A DNA stretch of 64,000 nt from Catajapyx aquilonaris (lineage: Eukaryota), in assembly GCA_000934665.2 (NCBI GenBank), contig JYFJ02001975.1:1-64000 (forward strand). The letters run 5' to 3'. The position numbers were made by a program, and so were the translations under genes. Position 1 is the first letter of the stretch; every line of letters starts with the position of its first letter. Below are positions 50,730-62,860 of this stretch, piece after piece. The notes below the pieces were generated by a model. The model was given only the letters and a program-made list of their open reading frames with translations. It was not told where the DNA came from and searched no databases.

Positions 50730-51519
50730 GGATACAACATGGCGGCCTCCATATGGCTGGATACAAAATGACAGCCCCATAGCCCGTTACATCCATGGAG
50801 GCTGCCATATTTGCTCCAGATCAGTACTTACCATTGTTTTGACCTCAATTGTTGCCGACAAGGTCCAGTTTCAGCTCCGGATTTTCCAGCCTCAAACATA
50901 AAGTCACCTTATGACACCCTAGGTCATAACCACTAAGTACTCGAAAATTTACACCAGCTCCTACTGGTACTTAGGTCGTATTTCTATTCATTACAGGTGC
51001 CGATTAAACGACGAACCTCGCACTGCAATTAACTTTTCCACTCTAGCCTCTACCCAGGTTCCCCCAAAAAATTGTCTGATTCATCTGCACAACACATAAC
51101 CAAAATTCCATGGAAATACATATACCCTCTCTCTCCCCCCCTGATTATCATTCGTAGGATGCTTCATTATTCAGCGAAGTACAAAATTCCTAAGCTCCTT
51201 TTATTGCCGGAGCTTTATCTCGCATGCCTGATATGAAAGCAATATTTTCCTCCCCCCTCCTCCCCCTTTCCTCCCCTCTCCTCCATACCCCCTCTGGGCC
51301 AAATTACTAGTTGGATTCGGGACTTTTTTATTATTTTTTTTGAAATTTTTGCATATAAGATGTATGCATGGATGATTCTCGAAGGACCGTTTTTTTAGAG
51401 AGGGAAAATAAGGTTAAGAGACCATTGTGGTTAATGCGATTGTTAGTAGGCACATTATTGTGTGTAATGGGGCTGGTAGTCATTCCAAGAACTCTTTGTT
51501 ATGATAGAGGGGCATATAC

Positions 51520-52085
51520 TATGTGGGATGTAACTAGGAAATTTTTTAGGAAATCTAAGTTTTTAAATCTAGATAATTATTTTTTATTAAATTTTAAAAA
51601 TATTTCTATGAGCAAATGAACTAACAGTGTCATAGACGGTCCCAAAGAGCTTAAATAATAGGCTATCTTTGTACTGGACTTAATATTGTACTGGATACAA
51701 AATGTCGGCCTCTATACTGTATAGCTGGATGCAACATGGCGTACCCCCATGTGCTGGTTGGATACAACAGTTATGTAGTGTATGGGGGATGTAACTTGGA
51801 ATTTTTTAGGAAGTTTGAGTATGTAGGGAGTCTACATAATTGGAGATAATTATGGCTAAATAAGAGTTTGTTAAATTTTTACAATATTTTTATGGGCAAA
51901 TGAACTAACATAATGACTCCCCCTAAAAGGGTGCGTGCCCTCAAATGGGGTTAAAAAGAACTAACGTAATGACTGAAAACTACACAAGTGTCCTGTATGG
52001 CCTTAAATAATAGGCTGGAAACAAAATGGCGGCTGGATGTAACATGGCACATCATTAGGCCGCTGGAGGCGACCATTTTTGGTCC
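51520..52085. repeat. Diverged tandem duplication (~260-350-bp units)
   Basis: GGGATGTAACT.GGAA...GCAAATGAACTAACA...CTTAAATAATAGGCT occurs twice. Confidence 0.75.
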
Positions 52086-53230
52086 AAATATGGATCTATC
52101 ATTGTTTTGAGCTATCTTACTCAATTTTATTCTTCTTAATTGTTAAAAATTCATCTGCATTAACATATTGTATTCATTTACTTAACTAGCACTTTACGAT
52201 AAACCCAATATCTTCTAATATCAGTGATTGACCCATACTTCGTGCAAGGCGTCCACACCCCTAGTTCTTTGTCCATTTGCGTGCCAACCATAACTCACAA
52301 CTTAATCTACGAAATTGGTCCGCCGGTCAAACTATCGGTAAGATGACAATAGAACCCATCTTTACCCCCCTCTCCCCCTCCCCATCTATAACCGACCCTA
52401 AGCTAATGGAGTATTTAAGACCCCCAGAAAGTCAGCTACACAAACAAATGTCCCCTAGCTCGTTCGAGGTGTCATTGTTAGTGTCCAATGAAAGCATAGT
52501 GGGGTGGTGTTGGGGGGGGGGGGGGNGGGGGACTGGTAATGGAAGTGCCAATGAATGACCCCCACCGAATTCTATTACATTCAACCTCATTTAGTAGGCT
52601 AAACAATAGGTCCCCGCATACACAAACAAGTCTAATAGATGTCTTCCTTTTATGAAAACCGCGCTGTGGTTTAGAAAGTCCGTTGTAGGAAATTGTCTAG
52701 TTAACTTGGGAAACTGGGTTTAGAATTAAGTACCGGTCGAGTACGAACTTTCGTTTTAAAAAAAATTTGGGTATGCGAAACTAGAGGGGGTGAAATTGCA
52801 GTAATTTATATGAAGGAATCCTGGAATATTGTGCAGGGGGCATTGTGTAGGCCTGGTTGGTATATTCAGGGACGCTGCCGCATTGGCGCTGTGGTTTGTA
52901 GGCCGCTTTCCTTTATCTTGTATTAAATTGAGGTCAGCTTCATTTTCATAGCTGAATCTATAATAAATGGCTCTAATTAGTTAGTCACTGGCACTTGTGG
53001 CCATCCTGGGTGACCTAGACCAGTAGAGTCGACTAATAATGATGATTGCGGATTCTGATGAGGGGCAACGGCTGCTCGGGTCATGATCCTTCCTGCTATC
53101 CTAGATCTAGAACACATCCGTCATTTCAAACACTGCTCTAACAAATCATAGTTCGCTGGCATGAACCTCAGCTCACATGGAACTGTAACTCTGACTCTAA
53201 TACGGTTTCTTACAGCATATGACAAAATTG

Positions 53231-53429
53231 CAGGGTGTTCCAAGTTAGTGGGTCTTTTTTTTAGTTATGACTGATATCGTTCGAAGTGGTTATTTTTGTG
53301 TAGCTTGTTGTGCCCAAATAATCGAGGCACCTGGATCTGGATGCTACAAAAAAATAATAACTATTTCGCGAGAAATTTCCTATATTGGGCCTAACTATTT
53401 TAAAAAAACCACGAACTTGGAACACCCTG
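53231..53429. mobile_element. 199-bp CAGGGTGTTCCAAG MITE
   Basis: CAGGGTGTTCCAAGTT ... AACTTGGAACACCCTG-TA. Confidence 0.88.
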
Positions 53430-53449
53430 TATATCATCTCTTTTAAGTA

Positions 53450-53765
53450 GTAGAGTACACTGGAAGTTATTTTAACCAACAGTGTATGCAGTTCTTTTTG
53501 GTAACATCGAAGAGTAGCAGCTATTTTCAGTAACAGCGTACACTAGCAGTTATTTTCAGTAACAGCGTACACTACCAGTGATTTTAAGCAACAGTGCACG
53601 CAGTTATGTTTGGTAACATTGAAGAATAGCAGTTCTTTTTGGTAACATTGAAGAATAGCAGTTCTTTTCAGTAACAGCATACACTAGCAGTTCTTTTTGG
53701 TAACACTGAAGAGTAGCATATCTTTTTCAGTAACAGCGTACACTAGCAGTTCTTTTAAAGGTACA
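53450..53765. repeat. ~29-bp degenerate tandem GCAGTT(A/C)TTTT(C/T)(A/G)GTAACA...
   Basis: About 10 copies. Confidence 0.85.
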
Positions 53766-54469
53766 GTGCTTGCAATAGCAATACTTTGCCAGTGTTTTGG
53801 ATCAGAAGCTACAGATTCGAGCATTCGGGTTATACATCACTTAACATAACCTGTCCAAACCTAACCTTCAGCCTCGAACGACCTCCCTCCTGTCAACGAG
53901 TCTCTGAAACAAAAGCGCATTAGCCTGAACCTTTTCTCCCAGCAAATGAATTGGCCTACTCAGACCGTGGATAAACCCTCGGATCAGATTGAGTCTAGGC
54001 GCCGTGAATGGTACGCTTCCCCCGGATGATCCCTAGGGTCCATCATCCGGGGTGGTGTAGCAGCCCTGTCAATGCTAGGGGTAGGGAGGGGTATAGGGAA
54101 TGGAGGGAAGAGGGGGGAGGAATGGAGCATATGGCAGTCCATTTGGGTGATTGTGGCCCCGCGTGAGGAGACCACACTTAATAGAATTCGGCTTGGCTTT
54201 ATGGCCGTGGGATTACCCATCCCTTTGTCTGGCCCCGTTCGACTACCATGCTGCTCAGCTGACTGTCATACTGCAGGGGCCCCTGGGCCAAACCATGGTT
54301 CTGCCACCCCCTTGTGGGGACAGGGGGGAGTTAATTCAATTGACAGTTTTTTGGGGCATCTCCTGTGGTGCTAACAGCTGACCTATAGATCATATGTGAG
54401 TCATATGAGTAGGTCACCCACTCACCAAGGTGTGAATGTGATGAGTAAGACCATTATTAATTAATTTAT

Positions 54470-55390
54470 CAATATGGTAGTTTGTTTATTTATTCAATAT
54501 TTTATTTATTCATTCATTCATATAGTATTTAAGTTATTTATTTATTTATTCATTCATTCATATAGTATTTTAGTTATTTATTTATTTATTTATTTATTCA
54601 TATAGTATTTTAGTTAGTTATTTATTTATTCAGCAATTAATTTATATTTTATTTATCTATTTAATATAAAGGTAATATATTTTAATTTACCTTCATTTAA
54701 TTTAAAGGTACCGGTAATATATTTTAATTTACCGTCATTTAATTTCTAGTAATCAATTTCATTTAATTTAGCTGACTTCGTTTTAATTTATGTAATGGAT
54801 TAATTTTTATTCATTTTAACTAATTTTATTTGTTTCTAATTAATTAACTTTATTTTAATTGACTCGTTTTTGGTTTACGTAATTAAATAATTTTGTAAAT
54901 TTTTGTTTATATTGTAAATGTTCCGAGTAATACCATTTTTTTATTTATTTATTTATTTATTCAGTGATTTAGTTATTTATTGAGAATGAGAAATGAGAGA
55001 TGATTGAGAAATATTTAATATATCTATTTTCAAATAAGAGTAATCAATTTTCATTTACTTTTATTTAATTTAAAGTAATCAATTTTCATTTACTTTTATC
55101 TAATTTAAAGTAATCAAGTTTCATTTACCGGTACTTTTGTTTAATTTAAAGTAATCAATTTCATATATTCTTGGTTAATTTTATTTATATTTAGTCTCAA
55201 TAATATTTTTAACTTTAAATTCATATATTTTGAATTACTTAAGTTAATTTTATTTGACTCATTTGTTTCTTGTAATTAAATTTTTTCGTAAATTTCCCAT
55301 TATTTGATTAATAATTTTTATTTATTTTGTGCATATCGTATTTTCATTTATTTTGTGTAGGCCCATATCGTATTTTTAATTAATTGTGGG
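54470..55390. repeat. AT-rich low-complexity block with (TTTA)n/(TTCA)n and 35-40-bp local duplications
   Basis: Direct reading. Confidence 0.8.
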
Positions 55391-56029
55391 CTCGTCCATT
55401 ACCTACGCATTTCATGTGTGATGGCATTCATATGTTCATATGCTTACAGTGTGTGGTCAATATTGTTAGCCTGTGTCCCTGCTGACCTCCGCTACTAAAA
55501 TTCTGTGTCCCTTCCCCTCGAAATTATACTTTGTAATTAACTCTCCAGCCAGATTACTGCAGGTAAATACAACAAGGTTTTTTTTACAACCAAAAACACC
55601 CAACTTCATTTGCATTTAGAGCATAATTCGCATAAGGAATAATTTATCTTAACCCCCAGTACTTTTTTCCTCTCACCGCCTCCCAAAATACTCATGCATT
55701 TCTACAGCAAGAATACACACCTAATTTGGGTCCAGCCCACTAGAAAAACAACAACAATAAAAACAAAAAAAAAAATGTAAGAGGAAAAAATAGGCGTAAC
55801 ACTGAGGCCTTTTGATATAATCCTACATAACGAGGAGGAAAAGGCACAATTTTCATTCCTAGGGAACTCACATACGGAGCAATTAGGTCACTATTATGAG
55901 CCGTTACGCACCGAGTCTGCGGTTATTTGTGTGTTTGCACCGCGGTTTATGACTCGGTGAGGCTCGTTATGTCCGGGCGAGTAGGCCTCCGGAATGGCCC
56001 CGGGGCCAAAGGAGGGTTCAAAAAACTGG

Positions 56030-56855
56030 GGTGTGCAACTTTAAGCCAAGACTTAGCAGTAAATAATGCACTGCTTGTGTATTTATCTCATTTAAAAATA
56101 AATAAATAAGGAAGGATTATTATAGGCTATATATTAATTCAATCTACCCAATCTATCTATTATATTAATTCAAAAGGAATAATTTGCACATAATTTAGCA
56201 CTTTTCAAATTATTAAGCAATTTAAGAATTAATTTGGCAATTTAAGAAATTATTATTAAGCAATTTTAAAATTATTTAGCAATTTAGAAATTTATTTGGC
56301 AATTTAAGAAATTATGAAGCAATTTTAAAATTATCCAGCAATTTAAGAATTTATTTAACAATATTTAAAATTTGTTTAGCAATTTAAAAATGATAATCAG
56401 GGAAAATCACCAATAAAAATATTGAAAAAAATACAAAAATGGCAACACTGTACGAATTACAGGGTTGTCACGTTTAAACCAACACTTAGCAGTATGTGCC
56501 CGCTACTGTGAGTTAATGAAGTTAATTTTAAAAATAAACGAGGAAAGAAAAGATATTTACATTAATTTAAAATTGATAATTAGGACAAAATGTAGCAATT
56601 TAAAATGCATTTAACTATTTCGCAATTTATTTTATAATTTAAAAATTTATATTACATTGTAAAAATTTATATTACGTTGTAAAAATTTATATTACATTGT
56701 AAAAATTTATATTACATAGTTAAAATTTATTTTACAACTTAAAATTTGTTTTGCAATTATTTAAATATGATAATTAGGGCAAAAATCATAAATCAAATTA
56801 GTGACATAATATACAAATATAGGAAAATGGCAACACGGTAAGAACAGGGTTGTCA
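56030..56855. repeat. Two diverged ~400-bp units, each holding a GCAATTTAA array
   Basis: TTTAA.CCAA.ACTTAGCAGTA start and AAAATGGCAACAC.GTA...ACAGGGTTGTCA end each occur twice. Confidence 0.75.
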
Positions 56856-58448
56856 TTACTGCTGAGACTATTTAAATATCAATTTCGCTTTCAAGTTTCC
56901 TGCCAAATTATCCTATGCAATATGGAAAGTACCGGCATCATAACTGGCATTCCCAACACATGAATATTTAACTCGAATACTATCGGCACCTTGTACCGTA
57001 TTCCGGCTCTAATTATTAAATGAAATTAAATGCTCACGATTCCTGGATGCCACACCCTATAAATATTTGATGGGCGAGGTTAACAAAAGGCAAGGTAATT
57101 TTTAATAGCAAACTTAATAATTTATTTAACAGGCCTAAGGGAAAACGGGTCTTTCATAAACAAGTGTTATTTTTGCATATTTTCCGCAGTATTTTTGCAC
57201 AAACAGACCGTGGGTGGGGGTTGCATAAATCATAACACATGTCCTGAATATGTTGTCAACTTGGACTAATTTTTTTTTGCGTTATTCCACGACCGTAAAC
57301 GACTCGTCAAAAAAGAAACATGAACGCAAAACCAACACTGAATATTTTTGCTTACACTACACCCAACAATCCAAAAAAAAAAAAACATTTATCCGTAGGG
57401 ATTTTTCCCTTTTTGCGTTTTGAATATTTCAGGACTTGCTTCACCAGCACAGTATCTTTTTGTGCTTCGTAGTCGCTTTTGTGCGGCTCTGTAACGTTAC
57501 AACCAGGCCTAAAACCCTCTCCCGTTGGAATTTTTGCAACATCGCTATATCTCCAGAGAATTTGCCAAGTGTGTAATGATATTCAGTTGGGTTTAAAAAT
57601 TATGCGTAGCAGAGAGAATTATTATGTGGTGAAAACTTCTGGCAGAAGCTTATTTTAAAACTAGGTCTAGAACAGTGTTTTTTGAATGCAAACCTGACAA
57701 GATAATAATGTCGTGTAAATTTGAGGTTTATTTATGGTACCTATGTAAGACCATCTTACTGCACAATGATATTAATAATCCTAATAACTAAAATCCAACA
57801 GTTTATTTCACCAAAATAATCCTACCTTGAACCAACCCTAATCCAAATTGCCCTCGATAATTCCATACACTCTAAGCCTATGTCACTCACACGTATTACA
57901 CTACCTGGTGACCCCCAATTTTTTGTGTCCCCAGTAGGACTTCATTGCTCATTACACGCTCAACTTTGCTGATCCTAGTGCTAATCCGATGCTCAATACA
58001 AGTCCCATAGAGCTCGCATTTGTATCAATTACAAATTCGCGCACCAATGGCCAGACTTCCCCCTTAATATTTCACTTTGATAAGCTGGACCCGGGCTGGC
58101 CTGTCAGTTGGTGAATGGACCAGAGGCCGGCCATTAATTGCAGGCGTTTGGACCTGATGTGTCATTCCCATTACTGCCAAAAGCTTACCCCCATCCAAAC
58201 CCCCTCCTTTCAGTGGGTTACACTTGGGGCTAGTCGGGCCTGACCTGGCTCCCTTTGTGTTATCCACTCTCTGGACGTAACAAATTGATTCAACTATTAC
58301 AATATACCTACCAACTATACCAATAACATAGGATCAAAATTTCACCGATTTTCTCAAAAATTCAAATCAAGGTGTGTAGTGCGGTGGGGTCAATTTGGAC
58401 CTCAGAAGTACATGCTTCCACATATAATTATGTCGGATTGGCTCAAAC

Positions 58449-58860
58449 TATGGCTAAAATCTATGTACTATTTCAGCACAATGTACTTTCTGTGTACTAT
58501 TGTATGTACTATTTCAGCTATTGTCCTGATAGAGTACATAGAAAGTACGTTATAGAGAAATAGTATATACACTAGTACATAGAGAGTACATTATATGCTA
58601 AAATATTGCATATTTTAGCCATATTTAGTACTATTTCAGCACAATGTACTCTCTATGTACTATTTCAGCGCAATGTACTCTCTATGTACTATTTCAGCGC
58701 AATGTACTCTCTACGTACTATTTCAGCACAATGTACTCTCTATGTACTATTTCAGCGCAATGTACTCTCTATGTACTATTTCAGCGCAATGTACTCTCTA
58801 TGTACTATTTCAACACAATATACTATCTATGTAGACTACTACGCGTATTTCAGCACGATC
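58449..58860. repeat. 29-bp minisatellite TGTACTATTTCAGCGCAATGTACTCTCTA with a short fold-back at its left end
   Basis: About 7 direct copies from ~58627; inverted units at 58530-58600; TATGGCTAAAAT pairs with ATTTTAGCCATA. Confidence 0.92.
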
Positions 58861-60124
58861 AGACATTGAACTGTTCTTCCCGACAGTTGATACCTTAACG
58901 CTTAACCTATCTCCCTCAGTTTCATAACAAACAACGTTTCCAGAAACATGTTTACGCAATGCTAATGAGGTTTAAACAAGCGCAATGGATAACACGATGA
59001 GTGAGCACCAATTATGGGCAGCCGTTTAATAGTTCCCCAACCTTTCAAGAGAGGGGAAATTCACCCCCCATACAACCGCCNCCCCCCTCTGAAAATCACA
59101 CGCATAAACCTGCCACTCGCTTTGCATTTCCGCTAATTTACAGCGTGCATTGCGCAATTTGTACCCATGAATTATGAGCATTAGTTGCGTATAACGTGTA
59201 AATTAATGTTTAAATAATTCGGTTCATGACGGGCTAATCATCATAAAGGGGGTATTTTGATAATATTATTAGTTTATTACGGGCTGTTTGAAGGGATCGT
59301 GAAGCGTTGAGTGTCTTTTTGAGTATGTGTTCTGGTATGACAAACACCAAATTTATTTTTCAACAAAATTGGAGAATTTTTGAAAAAAAAAATGGGAACG
59401 AATTTTGACATTTGATATGATTCACAAGAAGTTAATATCAGAAGAATTTAAATATCTGACATTGAAATTAATATCCTACCTTCTGTATACAGTTCACTTA
59501 TGTGATTATTCTTTCTCGAAAAATAACTTCGAAAAGCAAGAGCTTCATTTTGGTTTAACACATGATAATCAACCCCTCCTCATGTTTCTCCCAGTGGGAA
59601 GATTATTCCAACTGTTATCCACTTCCAACTTGCTCAAGCCCCTCCTTTTATGGCCACTTATGCCAAGAATGCTCGAGTCTCCGTATATCTAATTCAATTT
59701 CGTCTCAAACTTAGCTTAAAACTTTTCAAAGTTTTTGGAGAATGGAGAAAACCTATAGCGTATAGTAGTAGAAGAAGAGAAAAAAAAGTCGTCGTAAATT
59801 TCGTTTGATTATGCTGTGACAAGTGGACCAATTGGAAGAGGAGTAGGAATCAAGTTGAGCTGAATCGGCTTATCTTGAGAAAAAGCTTTTGGAAGGTCAC
59901 TAGAAGCTTTACCATGAAGGCGGTTTGGTAAAACCGGTGTGTTAGAGAGTTATAAGTCAAGAGGAAAAACGACTAATTAATTAAGCTGGAAGATAGCCAC
60001 TCATCTATGCCTAGGATCTTCCTAGAAAATCTTTCCCGGTTATATCAAAAACCCAGCTTTGCAGGCGAGGCGAGGTTTTGGAGAAGACTGTACAATATAA
60101 TTATTATTTTTTATCTACACACGT

Positions 60125-60455
60125 TTTGGTGAAATTATTTTTCTCAAAAATTCATATTTTGATCAATTTTCTTAAAATCAATAATTATTTTGGTCAAATT
60201 ATATTTTGTCAAATTACATTTTGGTCAAATTACATTTTGGTCAAATTTTCTTTCGGAAGATCCACATTTGGGTCAAATAATTTTTCTGAAAAGCTGTCAA
60301 ATTATTTCTTGGGAAATTTTAATTTTTGTCAAATTAATTTTTTAAAAAATGGTATATTTTTGTCAAATGATTTCTTGGAAAAAAATATTAATTTTGGAAT
60401 ATCTATATTTTGGTCAAATTTTCCGGAAAAATCCTCATTTTGTCCCAAATTATTG
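60125..60455. repeat. TTTTGGTCAAATT degenerate array
   Basis: Motif repeated more than 10 times. Confidence 0.85.
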
Positions 60456-61471
60456 GAGCAGTTGAAGTGCAAAATGGCGTCGATCCTGTCGTATAAAGGT
60501 CAGATGTGAAAGGTCAGGCGACCAAAAATTCCTATTTTCAGAGGCTTGGAAAAGCTAGCGTCTAATCAAGCGTCCTCTCTCTGATGACGGAGCTCGCCCC
60601 GGGGCAAATAGTCTTCTTTAATTAAGTCTCCTCGGTCGGTTTCCCATATTAAAGGTTCCTCTCCCCAACCCCTCCTTCCCCCCCCCCCCACTCTTTCCCT
60701 CCCCCCATCCAAAAGCCAAAATCCTATCACTCACACCTCTTTCCTTTCGGTCTCATATCATCACGGGAGAGGGGATCACCGAAGGGATCATGTGATGGAC
60801 CAGGCCTTGGAGACCAATTTTGGCGAATAATTTGGTCGCTGGTCCGAAAAAGTGGACCTCTTTTCAGCAGGGGGTTTTCAGAGACGAGCGCAGATAAAAC
60901 TACGATTCTGTTATATTGAGCTCTTAGATCGATATGACCTGAATGCCCAACTGTAGATATGAAAAATATATTAGTCAAAAGTAGAGGTGTATCCAAGGGT
61001 GTATCGATAATTGATTTACAATATGTTATTAAAATTATCGATATATCGATGTGGACGTCGATTTGTTTTAAAATATATGCTCTTTGGTATCGACAAGGAT
61101 TAGATCTTAGGTGTAATTATTTTAACCTACATTTAGTTGTTTATTAATTTTATCAAATAATTATGTATTTTGCATGATATTTATTTTAGTACCGTATTTG
61201 AATATCGGAATTATATATCATGACTCGCTACTCTCGGCCGACAGCGAACGAATGGATGGTTCGTTCTTCCACCCACCAGAGGCTCTGCATCCACCACCAT
61301 TGCGCCTGCGCAGAACGAGGGCCAATCGGAAGCGTCGCTGTAACACCATATGGCGAACCAGTCAGATGCATAACTATACAACCTGAATATGATTTTAATA
61401 ATAAATAGCCTACTTTGATTTCAGATATTTTACATTATTTAATATTTACTTTCATATTTACTTAGTGGGTA

Positions 61472-61879
61472 CAGTGCTGGACATAATAGCCGTCGCTGAA
61501 TGTTTTTTTTCCGTCGGCGACGGCGCTGCGTTACCTGGCAACCCTGTCCGGCGGGCCAATTCAAACATCAGCCCATGGAGAGCGCTTCCATTGTTGCCAC
61601 TGTTTACAAATCGAGTGAGTGACGAGTACGACCCAGCGACGGGTCTCTTCTGCCTGCTTACACAGTATCGGCAGGGATATGCAGGAGAAAACGGGGAAAA
61701 TAATGATGTTAGAAGCAATAAGTCATTTTGGAGTCACTCACTCGATTTGTAAACAGTGACAACAATGGAAGCGCTCTCCATGGGCTGATGTTTGAATTGG
61801 CCCGCCGGACAGGGTTGCCAGGTAACGTCGCCGCCGCCGGAAAAAAAACATTCAGCGACGGCTAATATGTCCAGCACTG
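61472..61879. mobile_element. 408-bp Tc1-type MITE with ~150-bp TIRs and TA TSD
   Basis: TA-CAGTGCTGGACATA...AAATCGAGTGAGTGAC | spacer | GTCACTCACTCGATTT...TATGTCCAGCACTG-TA. Confidence 0.93.
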
Positions 61880-62618
61880 TACATAGAAGATGAAGTTTCT
61901 GGGCCAGGTTATGCCACCACAGGTTAGCTGAATATTTGAACAGCCTAATAAGGTTGATATGAAATGAATTCTTCCAATCATCGCTTGGACACTCAGACAT
62001 TTTTCCAGCATTCTTGAAGCTGTCATTTTATAACCTCCTGTGCGCCTGTGGGAGAAAATGTGAAGCTAACCTTTGAAGAGCAACGTGACTCATTCTAAAG
62101 TTTACAACCCCCTCCATTTTTCTGTCTTCTCCCCCCTCGCCAACAAAAGGCTTAATAAAACTTCATCCTCCAAGTCGTTACAAATTCTGACCACACTTTT
62201 CCCCCATCATGGCTTTTTGTTTCATTGGATCTTAAAAAGAGCAGGGGGAGGTATAGAAACAGCTAAGTGCAGACACGTGTCTCAATTTAGGGTAATCCTA
62301 GTCATATTTTTTCCGAGAGAAAAAAAAAATGTGGAGTTAACAGAAATTGAATTGGATACGAAATGGCTGCCATTTTTGAGCGTTAGACTGTGCTGACTGT
62401 TAGATTTTTTTTTTATATAGGACTTATCAGATGTTATGGCTAGAAATGGCTGCCACATTTTTTAGATCCAAATTAGGTTTGGTTTGGCAGGGGCTTGAAC
62501 TCGGATAGGACGGGACGTATGTTGAGTCTGGTTTTAATTGGCAGAAATTGGATTTGTTTGATGGTGAAATGCACGTTTTGGAGAGATTTGAGTGTATGAT
62601 GGGATAAACAAGTTGTGG

Positions 62619-62860
62619 GTGACGTCAGTGGCAGCCATTTTGGTTCCACAATCAAATTTTCCTATTTAACATTGATAAATCGGAATTTAATTATGAAGCC
62701 AAAATGGCCGCCACTGACGTCACAAAACTATTATTTAAACATTACGAGATTAATTAATAGTGGCAAATATGTCAAAACAAATATTTATAAACGGTAGCGG
62801 CGGCCATTTTGGCTCCATAATTAAATTTTCCGATTTAACATATGTTAAATTGGAAAATGT
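62619..62860. repeat. Hairpin element (62619-62723) plus a further arm (62797-62860)
   Basis: GTGACGTCAGTGGCAGCCATTTTGG pairs with CCAAAATGGCCGCCACTGACGTCAC; GGCGGCCATTTTGGCTCCATAATTAAATT repeats the arm. Confidence 0.75.

Noticed and set aside
53055..53085. CTGATGAG hammerhead-like core (also CTGATGA at 60581 and CCTGAAG..CCGAAAC at ~21855-21895)
   Set aside because: The required GAAA and flanking stems, or the intact CUGANGA, are missing
55859..55882. Loose resemblance to miR-276
   Set aside because: Seed mismatch and no precursor hairpin
58606..58898. Overlapping repeat ORFs
   Set aside because: A 29-bp minisatellite open in more than one frame
17208..59081. Single N bases at 17208, 43547, 52526 and 59081
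   Set aside because: All lie in G or C homopolymers; assembly uncertainty, so those run lengths are unreliable
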